DNA of 64,000 bases from Alphaproteobacteria bacterium (GTDB taxonomy: Bacteria > Pseudomonadota > Alphaproteobacteria > Rs-D84 > SZUA-605), in the NCBI GenBank assembly GCA_031549385.1, contig JAVBPW010000001.1, positions 32,001 through 96,000 on the forward strand, read 5' to 3'. The notes below the pieces were generated by a model that searched no databases, was not told where the DNA came from, and worked only from the letters and a program-made list of their open reading frames with translations. Positions within the stretch are counted from its first letter, which is position 1. Each line of letters opens with the position of its first letter. Positions 56,425-64,000 of the stretch are shown here, piece after piece. The translations under genes were made by a program, and so were the position numbers.

Positions 56425-56898
56425 ATGGAACGTAAACCAATTACTCCTAGAGGTAAGGATTTATTAGAAGTAGAGTTAAAAGACTTGAAAGAAGTTAAGA
56501 GACCTGCTGTTATTAATGAAGTTGCATCTGCACGTGAAAAAGGCGATTTGAAAGAAAATGCTGAATATCATGCTGCACGTGAAGCACAAGGATTAACTGA
56601 AGCTAGAATTACTGAAATCGAATCAATTCTTGCTACTTCTGATGTTATAAATTCAAAAGATTTTAAAGGTGATACTCAAGTTAAATTTGGTGCAAAAGTT
56701 TCATTGGAAGATGAAGATGGATTAAAAAAAGAATATACTATTGTTGGTATTCCTGAAAGTGATGTTTCTAAAGGATTTATTCCTTTTAATTCACCTGTTG
56801 CAAGAGCGTTAATTGGAAAGAATATTGGTGAAGAAGTTGAAGTAAGAACACCAGGTGGGGAAAAAATTTTTGTAATCAATGGAGTTGAATACGTTTAA
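56425..56898 (+). CDS. greA: Transcription elongation factor GreA
   Basis: GDLKENAEYHAA, SPVARALIGK; start reassigned to MERKP with GAGG RBS. Confidence 0.95.
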   Translation: MERKPITPRGKDLLEVELKDLKEVKRPAVINEVASAREKGDLKENAEYHAAREAQGLTEARITEIESILATSDVINSKDFKGDTQVKFGAKVSLEDEDGLKKEYTIVGIPESDVSKGFIPFNSPVARALIGKNIGEEVEVRTPGGEKIFVINGVEYV

Positions 56899-56916
56899 CC
56901 AAAATTAAAAATAGCT

Positions 56917-56947
56917 AAAAAATCCAAATAAAGTTTGGATTTTTTTT
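56917..56947 (+). terminator. greA terminator
   Basis: AAAAAATCCAAA/TTTGGATTTTTT. Confidence 0.7.
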
Positions 56948-57010
56948 ATTTTCTTACTTGTTATATATTGAATTTTATGATATAATTCACGTGTTTATAG
57001 GAGAAAACTC

Positions 57011-59170
57011 ATGAGAAAATTTTTATTAGTATTGACTATTTTATCAGTTGGTGTGCTGGGGGCTGCTAATGCGCAAACCCGCCAAACATCTGCACAAAAG
57101 ACTGAAAATACAGGAGCTAGAGCTGCAAGAACTACAACTTCAACAACTGCTGGATCAAGGGCAACTTCTACTTCTGGAAATAGAGGCACTTCTCAACGTG
57201 CTGCAAGAATGACTCCTAAAACTACTGCTACTACTGAAAGATCTGCTGTTTCTCGTCGTGCTGGTGTTGTGAAAACTGCTGCTCCTGCTGTTACTACTAC
57301 AACTACTACTACTGCTGCGACTACAACTACTACTGCTAAAACTGAAGATGAAATGACTGCTGCTGAATTACAAGCTGCTTATGATGAAAAAATGAGCAAA
57401 GTAGAAGCTAAATTAGGCGTGCAATCTCAATGCCAAGAAAAATTTGCTGAATGTATGGATGCTTCTTGTAAAGATGATACTTATGGAAGATGTCTATGTG
57501 CCGCTTCATATTCAGAACTTAATCCATTAAAAAAAGAAATTGAACAATTGAATAAAGAAACTAATGCTTTACTTCAAGAAGAATTAGCTCGTGCTAAGAT
57601 GACTGAAAAAGAAAGAGAATTTTATGAACAACAAAAAATTTCTTTAAATCTTAAAGATGAAAGTGAAGAAATTGAATACGGCGCTGTTACTGCTGAATCT
57701 TTACTTGCTGATTATAAGAATGCTGGACAAGCTACTGGACCAAAAACAGGAACAGTTTTATTTGGTGATGCTCATAAAGCATGTAAACCAATATTAGACG
57801 CATGTCCCGCTGAAAGCAAAGCTATTTTAACTTATTACCAAAATATGGCTAATAAAGAATGTTCTGTTGCTAAAGCTTCTTTAGAAGAACAAAAAGCTCA
57901 AGCTGTGTTTGCTAGACAAAAAGCAGAATTCACAGTTAAAAAAGCAGCTTATACTACTGTTTCTCAAAAATTAGATAATGCTACTTGTTTATCTGAATTG
58001 CAAGCTCTTGCTCTTACAGATTCTCTTTGTGGAAAAGATTATTCTAAATGCTTAAACTGTAATGAAGATTTTAATGGAAAAACTTATAAATTAGAACTTT
58101 CTAATCCAGCTGATACTACTGATATGACTTCAGCTTATTCAAAATCATTTACTGGATGTGCTGCTTCTAATGTTCAAAAGATGGTTGCAAGAAAAGAAGT
58201 TTATAATACTGTGTTAAATAAGTGTCAAGCTCCTACCGTTGCTTGGAATACTTTTATGATTGATTTTGCTTCTACTATGGAAAAGGCTGAAAGAGATCAA
58301 TTGTTTACTTATAATACTGAACAAAGAGAAAAAGAATTTAATGTTGCTGATACTTGTCAAAAAGATATTGATAAATGTTTAAAAGACATTTGTGGTACTG
58401 GATATATTTCATGTACTGCTAGAGAAAAAGCTGCTAATTATAACCTAGCTTTAATTGGTGAAGAAAATGCTCTTATCGCATGTAACAATGTATATGCAAG
58501 ATGTGACTCAAGAGTTCAAGATGCTCAAAATAGCGGAAGCGACACTTCTTCTATAGATGTTGAATCTATCTGGACAGCTGCTTGGAAGAGAGCTCAAAAC
58601 CAAGCTGATATAACATATCAAAAGAGATTAGCTGCTTTGATTAAAGAAACTGCTGACGTAACAAAAGCTGAATTGAAAATGGAATCTGAAATTGCAGAAG
58701 AACGTGCAAGAGCTGAAAATACTCAATCAAGAATTGGTGATGTGCTTGCTTCAGAAAATGCATTAGAAGATGCAAGACTTGGTGCTCAACTTGCTAAAGC
58801 TGAACTTGAAGAAGCTAAAAATAAAACTGAAAAAGAAGTTGCAAAACAAACTGCTATGAATGCTGCTGGAATGGCTACAGCTCAAAGAGGTTGTGGAAAA
58901 GCTGCTGGTAAGTGGGAAAAGAATAATTGCTTCTGGACAGTTACTGCAAAAGGATACACAAGCAAACGTGGAGTTTTCGGACGTGAAAAATCTCGTGATG
59001 ATAAAGAAAATGTTATAAAGTTTGCTGCTGGATCTAAGTTTACTTGTAACTCTGCTACTATGGGTGTACCAACAGATTATGGTTGTTCATGGGACGGTGG
59101 AACTGTACAAAATGGCCAGTCATATACATTCCCTTCATTGGAAGAATTATCCAGTGACTCAGACTACTAA
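57011..59170 (+). CDS. Large secreted Cys-rich/coiled-coil protein, paralog of 3568-5022
   Basis: Signal peptide, R/A/T-rich N-terminus, poly-Thr, CQEKFAECMDASC and CQKDIDKCLKDICG repeats; AGGAG RBS. Confidence 0.8.
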   Translation: MRKFLLVLTILSVGVLGAANAQTRQTSAQKTENTGARAARTTTSTTAGSRATSTSGNRGTSQRAARMTPKTTATTERSAVSRRAGVVKTAAPAVTTTTTTTAATTTTTAKTEDEMTAAELQAAYDEKMSKVEAKLGVQSQCQEKFAECMDASCKDDTYGRCLCAASYSELNPLKKEIEQLNKETNALLQEELARAKMTEKEREFYEQQKISLNLKDESEEIEYGAVTAESLLADYKNAGQATGPKTGTVLFGDAHKACKPILDACPAESKAILTYYQNMANKECSVAKASLEEQKAQAVFARQKAEFTVKKAAYTTVSQKLDNATCLSELQALALTDSLCGKDYSKCLNCNEDFNGKTYKLELSNPADTTDMTSAYSKSFTGCAASNVQKMVARKEVYNTVLNKCQAPTVAWNTFMIDFASTMEKAERDQLFTYNTEQREKEFNVADTCQKDIDKCLKDICGTGYISCTAREKAANYNLALIGEENALIACNNVYARCDSRVQDAQNSGSDTSSIDVESIWTAAWKRAQNQADITYQKRLAALIKETADVTKAELKMESEIAEERARAENTQSRIGDVLASENALEDARLGAQLAKAELEEAKNKTEKEVAKQTAMNAAGMATAQRGCGKAAGKWEKNNCFWTVTAKGYTSKRGVFGREKSRDDKENVIKFAAGSKFTCNSATMGVPTDYGCSWDGGTVQNGQSYTFPSLEELSSDSDY

Positions 59171-59174
59171 AAAT

Positions 59175-59201
59175 AAAGCCTCATGAAAATGAGGCTTTTT
59201 T
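59175..59201 (+). terminator. Intrinsic terminator
   Basis: AAAGCCTCAT-GAAA-ATGAGGCTTT followed by a T run. Confidence 0.8.
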
Positions 59202-59257
59202 AATTGACTTTTATTAATTCAAAACTTATATGTTTAATAAACTTAAATATTAAATAT

Positions 59258-59404
59258 ATGAAAACATATACCGAAGGAGAACAATGGTCTACTCCTAAAG
59301 AAGACCTATCTTTTATACAAAGACACCCTTTAATCTCTGTTATCGGAGGTTGGGGCCTTGTAATAGCTGCAATAGTTATTATTGTATGGTTATTATTACC
59401 ATAA
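59258..59404 (+). CDS. 48 aa single-TM protein
   Basis: AAACTTAAATATTAAATATATG leader; C-terminal hydrophobic helix; terminator 59419-59439. Confidence 0.65.
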   Translation: MKTYTEGEQWSTPKEDLSFIQRHPLISVIGGWGLVIAAIVIIVWLLLP

Positions 59405-59506
59405 AACTTATTATAAATGCCTCTATATGAGGCTTTTTTCATTTTATTATTGCTTTTTGTCAATAAATTATCTATAATTAATAATATAAACTTAAAAAAT
59501 AAATAT

Positions 59507-59725
59507 ATGAACGCTAAAATTAAACAAGGATTAAACCTTGTAAAAAAAATGGGAGTACTTGAATACTTAGAGGCAATTTGCTGGCTTGGTATAGCATTTA
59601 TGTTGTTACTGGTTGCAATTGAGTACAGAACTGAAATAACTTATGCTTGGGTTTTGTCGATAGTTTTTTTAGTTATTACTATTGGAGTTAAACGAATGCT
59701 AAAAGAAGAAAAATTAAAACAATAA
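59507..59725 (+). CDS. 72 aa two-TM protein
   Basis: TTGCTT-17-TATAAT promoter (59450-59478); AAACTTAAAAAATAAATATATG leader. Confidence 0.7.
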   Translation: MNAKIKQGLNLVKKMGVLEYLEAICWLGIAFMLLLVAIEYRTEITYAWVLSIVFLVITIGVKRMLKEEKLKQ

Positions 59726-59728
59726 AAT

Positions 59729-59863
59729 ATGGCAAACGTTAGCTTTCCTCCGAAAAATGAAACTTATAAACCTAATGGAAATTGGTTTTGGAGTTTTGTT
59801 ATTCCTGTAGCTATGCTCCTTGCAATGATAGGATATCTTATCTTTAAATGCATGGGATATTAA
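59729..59863 (+). CDS. 44 aa single-TM protein MANVSFPPKNETYKPNGNWFWSFVIPVAMLLAMIGYLIFKCMGY
   Basis: Hand-translated; followed by AAGGTCG-GTAA-CGACCTT terminator. Confidence 0.6.
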   Translation: MANVSFPPKNETYKPNGNWFWSFVIPVAMLLAMIGYLIFKCMGY

Positions 59864-59908
59864 GGTCGGTAACGACCTTTTTTATTTAAAATAATTAAAC
59901 CTAAATAA

Positions 59909-60079
59909 ATGAAAAAATTTTTTGAAATTGTATTTTTTATATTAACCATGCTTCTTGGGGCTGGTATGGGAGCTTGTATGTTCCTTACAAAATTTAATGG
60001 CTTTCTTTTTGCACTTTTTATCTTTTGGGTATTTGTAGCTGCAAAAAAAGCAAAAGAAGTTAATGAACCTTTAAATTAA
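59909..60079 (+). CDS. 56 aa two-TM protein MKKFFEIVFFILTMLLGAGMG...
   Basis: Hand-translated; AAACCTAAATAAATG leader. Confidence 0.6.
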   Translation: MKKFFEIVFFILTMLLGAGMGACMFLTKFNGFLFALFIFWVFVAAKKAKEVNEPLN

Positions 60080-60085
60080 AACAAT

Positions 60086-60232
60086 ATGCATAATATTCCA
60101 GTTGGCTATTTAAAGCCTGATGATTTTGACGATTTTCCAAAAGGTTGTCGTATTGGTGCTCTTGTCATAATTGCAATTTTTCTTATTGGTATTGTAATAG
60201 GACTATTGTATACATTTGATTTAATATTTTGA
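60086..60232 (+). CDS. 48 aa single-TM protein MHNIPVGYLKPDDFDDFPKGCRIGALVIIAIFLIG...
   Basis: Hand-translated; A-rich leader; ends just before a terminator. Confidence 0.6.
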   Translation: MHNIPVGYLKPDDFDDFPKGCRIGALVIIAIFLIGIVIGLLYTFDLIF

Positions 60233-60237
60233 TAAAT

Positions 60238-60267
60238 AAAAATGGTCGATGAAAATCGACCATTTTT
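60238..60267. terminator. Bidirectional terminator shared with dnaK
   Basis: AAAAATGGTCGAT-GAAA-ATCGACCATTTTT. Confidence 0.85.
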
Positions 60268-60291
60268 GTTTTAAAAGAATCGGTGGAGATT

Positions 60292-62187
60292 TTACTTTTC
60301 TTGATATTCTGCATCAACGACTTTTTCGTCTTTTGCAGATTCTTGTTGGTCTGCCTGCCCTGCTCCAGCTTGTGATTGTTGTTGAGCTTGGTAGATTGCT
60401 TGACCTAGTTTCATTAAAGCATTTGTTAGATTTTCTGCTTTTGTATTTAATTCTGATACTTCAACACCTTCTTTCTTCAAAGATTCTTTTGCATCATTTA
60501 AAGCAGTTTCAATTTCAGTTCTTTCAGCTGCTGAAACTTTATCGCCATGTTCTTTTAAAGACTTTTCGCCTTCATGAACTGCGTGTTCTAATTTATTTTT
60601 TGCTTCAACCATTTCTTTTTTCTTAGCATCATCACTTGCGTGAGATTCTGCTTCTTTTACCATTCGTTCTATATCAGCATCTGATAATCCACCGTCTGAT
60701 TTAATAGAGATAGATTGTTCTTTTCCTGTACCTTTATCTTTTGCAGATACATGAACTATACCGTTTGCGTCGATATCAAATGTAACTTCAATTTGTGGAA
60801 CACCACGTGGAGCATTTGGAATGCCTACTAAATCAAAGTTTCCTAGTAACTTGTTGTCTGATGCCATTGGACGTTCACCTTGAAGAACTCTTATTGTCAC
60901 TGCTGTTTGATTATCGTCTGCAGTTGAGAATACTTGAGATTTCTTTGTAGGAATTGTTGTGTTACGGTCGATTAATTTTGTAAATACTCCACCGTATGTT
61001 TCAATACCTAATGATAATGGTGTTACGTCTAATAATAACACATCTTTAACATCTCCTTTTAAAACTCCACCTTGGATTGCTGCACCAAGTGCTACACATT
61101 CGTCTGGGTTTATTCCTTTATTAGGTTCTTTGCCAAAGAATTCTTTTACTATTTCTGCTACTTTAGGCATACGTGTTTGACCACCAACTAATAAAACTTC
61201 TTTGATTTCTGATTTTGAAATTTTAGCATCTTCTAATGCTTTTTGACATGGTATTAAAGTTTTCTTAATTAAGTCTGTTACTAAGCTTTCAAGTTTTGCT
61301 CTTGTGAACTTTAAATTGAAATGCTTTGGTCCTGTTGCATCTGCTGTGATAAATGGTAAATTTATATCTGTTTCAAAAGAAGATGATAATTCTATCTTTG
61401 CTTTTTCAGCTGCTTCTTTTAATCTTTGTAGAGCTATTTTATCGCCTAATAAATCAACCCCTGTTTGCTTTTTGAAATCATCTGCAAAATAATCTATGAT
61501 TACTTTATCAAAATCTTCGCCACCTAAGAATGTATCTCCATTAGTTGATTTTACTTCAAATACTCCATCACCAATTTCAAGAATTGAAATATCAAATGTA
61601 CCACCACCTAAGTCATATACTGCTATTAGACCTGTTTGACCTTTATCTAAACCATAAGAAAGAGCAGCAGCTGTTGGTTCGTTGATAATACGTAATACGT
61701 CTAATCCAGCAATTTTACCTGCATCTTTTGTTGCTTGTCTTTGAGAGTCGTTAAAGTAAGCTGGAACTGTGATAACAGCTTGAGTTACTTTCTCGCCTAA
61801 ATAGCTTTCTGCATCTTGTTTCATTTTTTGTAAGATTTTTGCAGAAATTTCTGATGGAGAGTATTTTTTACCTTTTACTTCTACCCATGCATCACCATTG
61901 TCAGCTTGAACTATTTTAAATGGTACAGATTTTATTTCTTTTTGAACTTCTGGATCTGTGAACTTTCTTCCTATTAATCTCTTTACTGTGTAAACAGTAT
62001 TTTCTGGATTTGTCACCATTTGATTTCTTGCAGGTGTTCCAGTTAATGTTTCTGTATCAGTAAATGCAACTACGGAAGGAGTTGTTCTTCTTCCTTCTTT
62101 ATTCTCAATTACCTTTGGTGTTGAGCCATCCATAAAGGCAAAACATGAGTTTGTTGTTCCTAAATCTATTCCTATCACTTTTGACAT
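60292..62187 (-). CDS. dnaK: Molecular chaperone DnaK
   Basis: [33 protein letters not shown]. Confidence 0.98.
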   Translation of the reverse strand: MSKVIGIDLGTTNSCFAFMDGSTPKVIENKEGRRTTPSVVAFTDTETLTGTPARNQMVTNPENTVYTVKRLIGRKFTDPEVQKEIKSVPFKIVQADNGDAWVEVKGKKYSPSEISAKILQKMKQDAESYLGEKVTQAVITVPAYFNDSQRQATKDAGKIAGLDVLRIINEPTAAALSYGLDKGQTGLIAVYDLGGGTFDISILEIGDGVFEVKSTNGDTFLGGEDFDKVIIDYFADDFKKQTGVDLLGDKIALQRLKEAAEKAKIELSSSFETDINLPFITADATGPKHFNLKFTRAKLESLVTDLIKKTLIPCQKALEDAKISKSEIKEVLLVGGQTRMPKVAEIVKEFFGKEPNKGINPDECVALGAAIQGGVLKGDVKDVLLLDVTPLSLGIETYGGVFTKLIDRNTTIPTKKSQVFSTADDNQTAVTIRVLQGERPMASDNKLLGNFDLVGIPNAPRGVPQIEVTFDIDANGIVHVSAKDKGTGKEQSISIKSDGGLSDADIERMVKEAESHASDDAKKKEMVEAKNKLEHAVHEGEKSLKEHGDKVSAAERTEIETALNDAKESLKKEGVEVSELNTKAENLTNALMKLGQAIYQAQQQSQAGAGQADQQESAKDEKVVDAEYQEK

Positions 62188-62270
62188 TGTTTTTTACTCC
62201 TTTTAAGTATCTTATGGTTCTGTATATAGGGCATTTAACATACCCTTTCAAGGTTTTTTAGAAAAAATTA

Positions 62271-63899
62271 TTATAAATCTAGTAAATGATATATACTTTC
62301 AATGATTTCTTTGGAAACGGGAGCTGCATTTGAGGCAGCTGTTCTGCCATAAACTCCTGCTTTTTCTCTTGGTTCATCAAACATTATAAATAGACTGTAC
62401 TGAGGGTTTTCTATTGGGAAAGCTGAGGCAAATACTGCTATAATCTTGCGTCTTTCATATTTACCACCTACTAGTTTTTCAGCTGTACCCGTTTTACCAC
62501 CTATATTGATACCTCTTACTCTTGAATATTGACCTGAACCATCAAGCATAACTCTGGACATATATCCTCGCATTTTAGTAGATACTTCTGGACTTAATAC
62601 CTGGCGACCGTCTATTGGTTTTCCCATTTCTGGAGGCATAAATCTTGGGTGTATGTAATAACCACCATTTACCAATGCGTTCATAGATGTTAAATATTGG
62701 AATGGAGATACTGATATATTATATCCGTATGAAACTGATGACGACGATGCTTTAGTCCATGTCTTTGGAGTCATTGGAGGAGCTACTGGTTTCATTTTTG
62801 TTTTTACTGAGTCTAATAAATTTAATTTTGTTAAAAAATTCTTTTGAAAATCTATACCCATATCTTCAACCATATGAACAGAACCTATGTTTGATGATTT
62901 TGCTAAAATTAACCCCATGTCTGCATATTGTTGTTCCATTTTGTGATTGTCTTTTACTGTGAATCGACCTATTTTTATAGGAACCCAAACTTCGTATTTT
63001 TTGTTTTCTGGAATTCCAAACTCTAATGCTGCAGCTGTGTTAAATAATTTAAATACTGATCCTAATTCATATACACCTTGAGTGATTTTATTAAATTTAT
63101 TATAGTCTGGATATTTACCTATATCTTTTGGATCAAATGATGGAAGTGATATCATTGCTATGATTTCACCTGTGTTTGGATTCATTAATAAGCCAGCGGC
63201 TCCTATTGCTTCATATTTTTCTTGAGCAGATTTTAAAACTTTATACATTAAATTTTGAATTCTTGAATCTATTGAAACTTTTACTGTAGCATTTGTTCCT
63301 TTTAATTCTTCATTGAACATTTGTTCCATTCCATAAACACCATTGTTATTTGAATCTACCATTCCTATTACATGTGCAGTTAATGCACCTTGCGGGTATA
63401 CTCTTTCTTGAGAGTCTTCAAATTCAAGACCAGGATCGCCTATTAACTTAATTTTATGAACTTCTTGTGGTGTAAGTTTTTTCTGAATATATGTAAAACT
63501 TTTACCATTTGTTAATTTTCTGTAAACTTCTGAATATTTTAAATTTGAGAAAATTTTTGTTAACTCTTTAGCAGTATGTTCTGGGCTTAGAATTTTAGTT
63601 GAATTACAATATAGGTTTTTTGTTATTAAATTAGTTGCTAATATATCTCCATTTCTATCAACTATATTTCCACGAATGAAATCTTGATTAGGTAAAATTC
63701 TTTCTTTAGAAGATGAAAACTGAATTGTTGCAAATACATTTGCTAATATAAAAATTAAAACTACATTGATAAGAAAAATAGCCCAATTAGATCTTTTTCT
63801 TACTAAAGAATCAAGTTCCTGCTCTGTTTCTTTATATACCTTATTTAAGGGTATTTCAGAACCTACAGAAAATCCAAAATGATCTTTATTCGTTGACAC
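62271..63899 (-). CDS. ftsI: Class B PBP (FtsI/PBP3)
   Basis: RGNIVDRNG, GSVFK, SSN, GKTGTA. Confidence 0.9.
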   Translation of the reverse strand: MSTNKDHFGFSVGSEIPLNKVYKETEQELDSLVRKRSNWAIFLINVVLIFILANVFATIQFSSSKERILPNQDFIRGNIVDRNGDILATNLITKNLYCNSTKILSPEHTAKELTKIFSNLKYSEVYRKLTNGKSFTYIQKKLTPQEVHKIKLIGDPGLEFEDSQERVYPQGALTAHVIGMVDSNNNGVYGMEQMFNEELKGTNATVKVSIDSRIQNLMYKVLKSAQEKYEAIGAAGLLMNPNTGEIIAMISLPSFDPKDIGKYPDYNKFNKITQGVYELGSVFKLFNTAAALEFGIPENKKYEVWVPIKIGRFTVKDNHKMEQQYADMGLILAKSSNIGSVHMVEDMGIDFQKNFLTKLNLLDSVKTKMKPVAPPMTPKTWTKASSSSVSYGYNISVSPFQYLTSMNALVNGGYYIHPRFMPPEMGKPIDGRQVLSPEVSTKMRGYMSRVMLDGSGQYSRVRGINIGGKTGTAEKLVGGKYERRKIIAVFASAFPIENPQYSLFIMFDEPREKAGVYGRTAASNAAPVSKEIIESIYHLLDL

Positions 63900-64000
63900 T
63901 TGATAAATCCTTTATAGATATATTATCTTTTGGTAAAATTGTTTCGTAAGTGCTAATTTTATTTTTTGTAAATGTATTAAAATTTTCTATCTTTAATGAA
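63865..64000 (-). CDS. 3' end of an upstream CDS (position suggests FtsL-like)
   Basis: Open frame from the window edge to a TAG overlapping the ftsI start; identity inferred from synteny only. Confidence 0.3.

Noticed and set aside
57288-57335. ACT/ACA trinucleotide runs as phase-variable repeats (also 4720-4760)
   Set aside because: Imperfect in-frame poly-Thr coding; length changes would not switch frame
59204-60267. Integron cassette array
   Set aside because: No attC-like GTTRRRY/RYYYAAC elements between ORFs and no integrase in the window; the spacers are ordinary terminators and promoters
1-64000. tRNA, rRNA, tmRNA, IS elements
   Set aside because: No cloverleaf or T-loop signature, rRNA-like tract or transposase ORF noticed by eye; tRNAscan/cmscan were not run

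Overview
AT-rich bacterial chromosome segment. The gene content points to an Alphaproteobacterium (GapR/DUF2312, alphaproteobacterial-type XRE regulator, ssb, dnaK); the large Cys-rich secreted proteins hint at an uncultured low-GC lineage, which is inference. The core is housekeeping: mlaC, tkt, ruvB, pyk, rpsD, rnhA, PBP1A, topA, gyrA, ssb, tsaE-trpS-lolA, the str/S10/spc/alpha ribosomal cluster (lacking tuf and adk), birA, valS, mutL, two greA copies, dnaK, ftsI. I saw no rRNA, tRNA, CRISPR array, transposase or integrase. The most unusual signals are: (1) a 1.6 kb gap at 19437-21010 that is a head-to-tail array of minus-strand promoter-to-terminator mini-units, encoding hairpin-rich RNAs and tiny peptides and converging on a RelA/SpoT-like nucleotidyltransferase; (2) a leader of three covarying cUUCGg hairpin repeats plus a terminator at 382-551; (3) about 14 scattered orphan genes sharing an SD-less AAACTTAA/A-rich leader, while core genes mostly use AGGAG; (4) a 3'-UTR sRNA candidate with an anti-SD loop; (5) altered enzymes, namely a GreA paralog with D41N, apparently dead PGI and alpha/beta hydrolase, and a likely chimeric ValRS. 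All family calls come from motif recognition by eye; no searches or folding programs were run.
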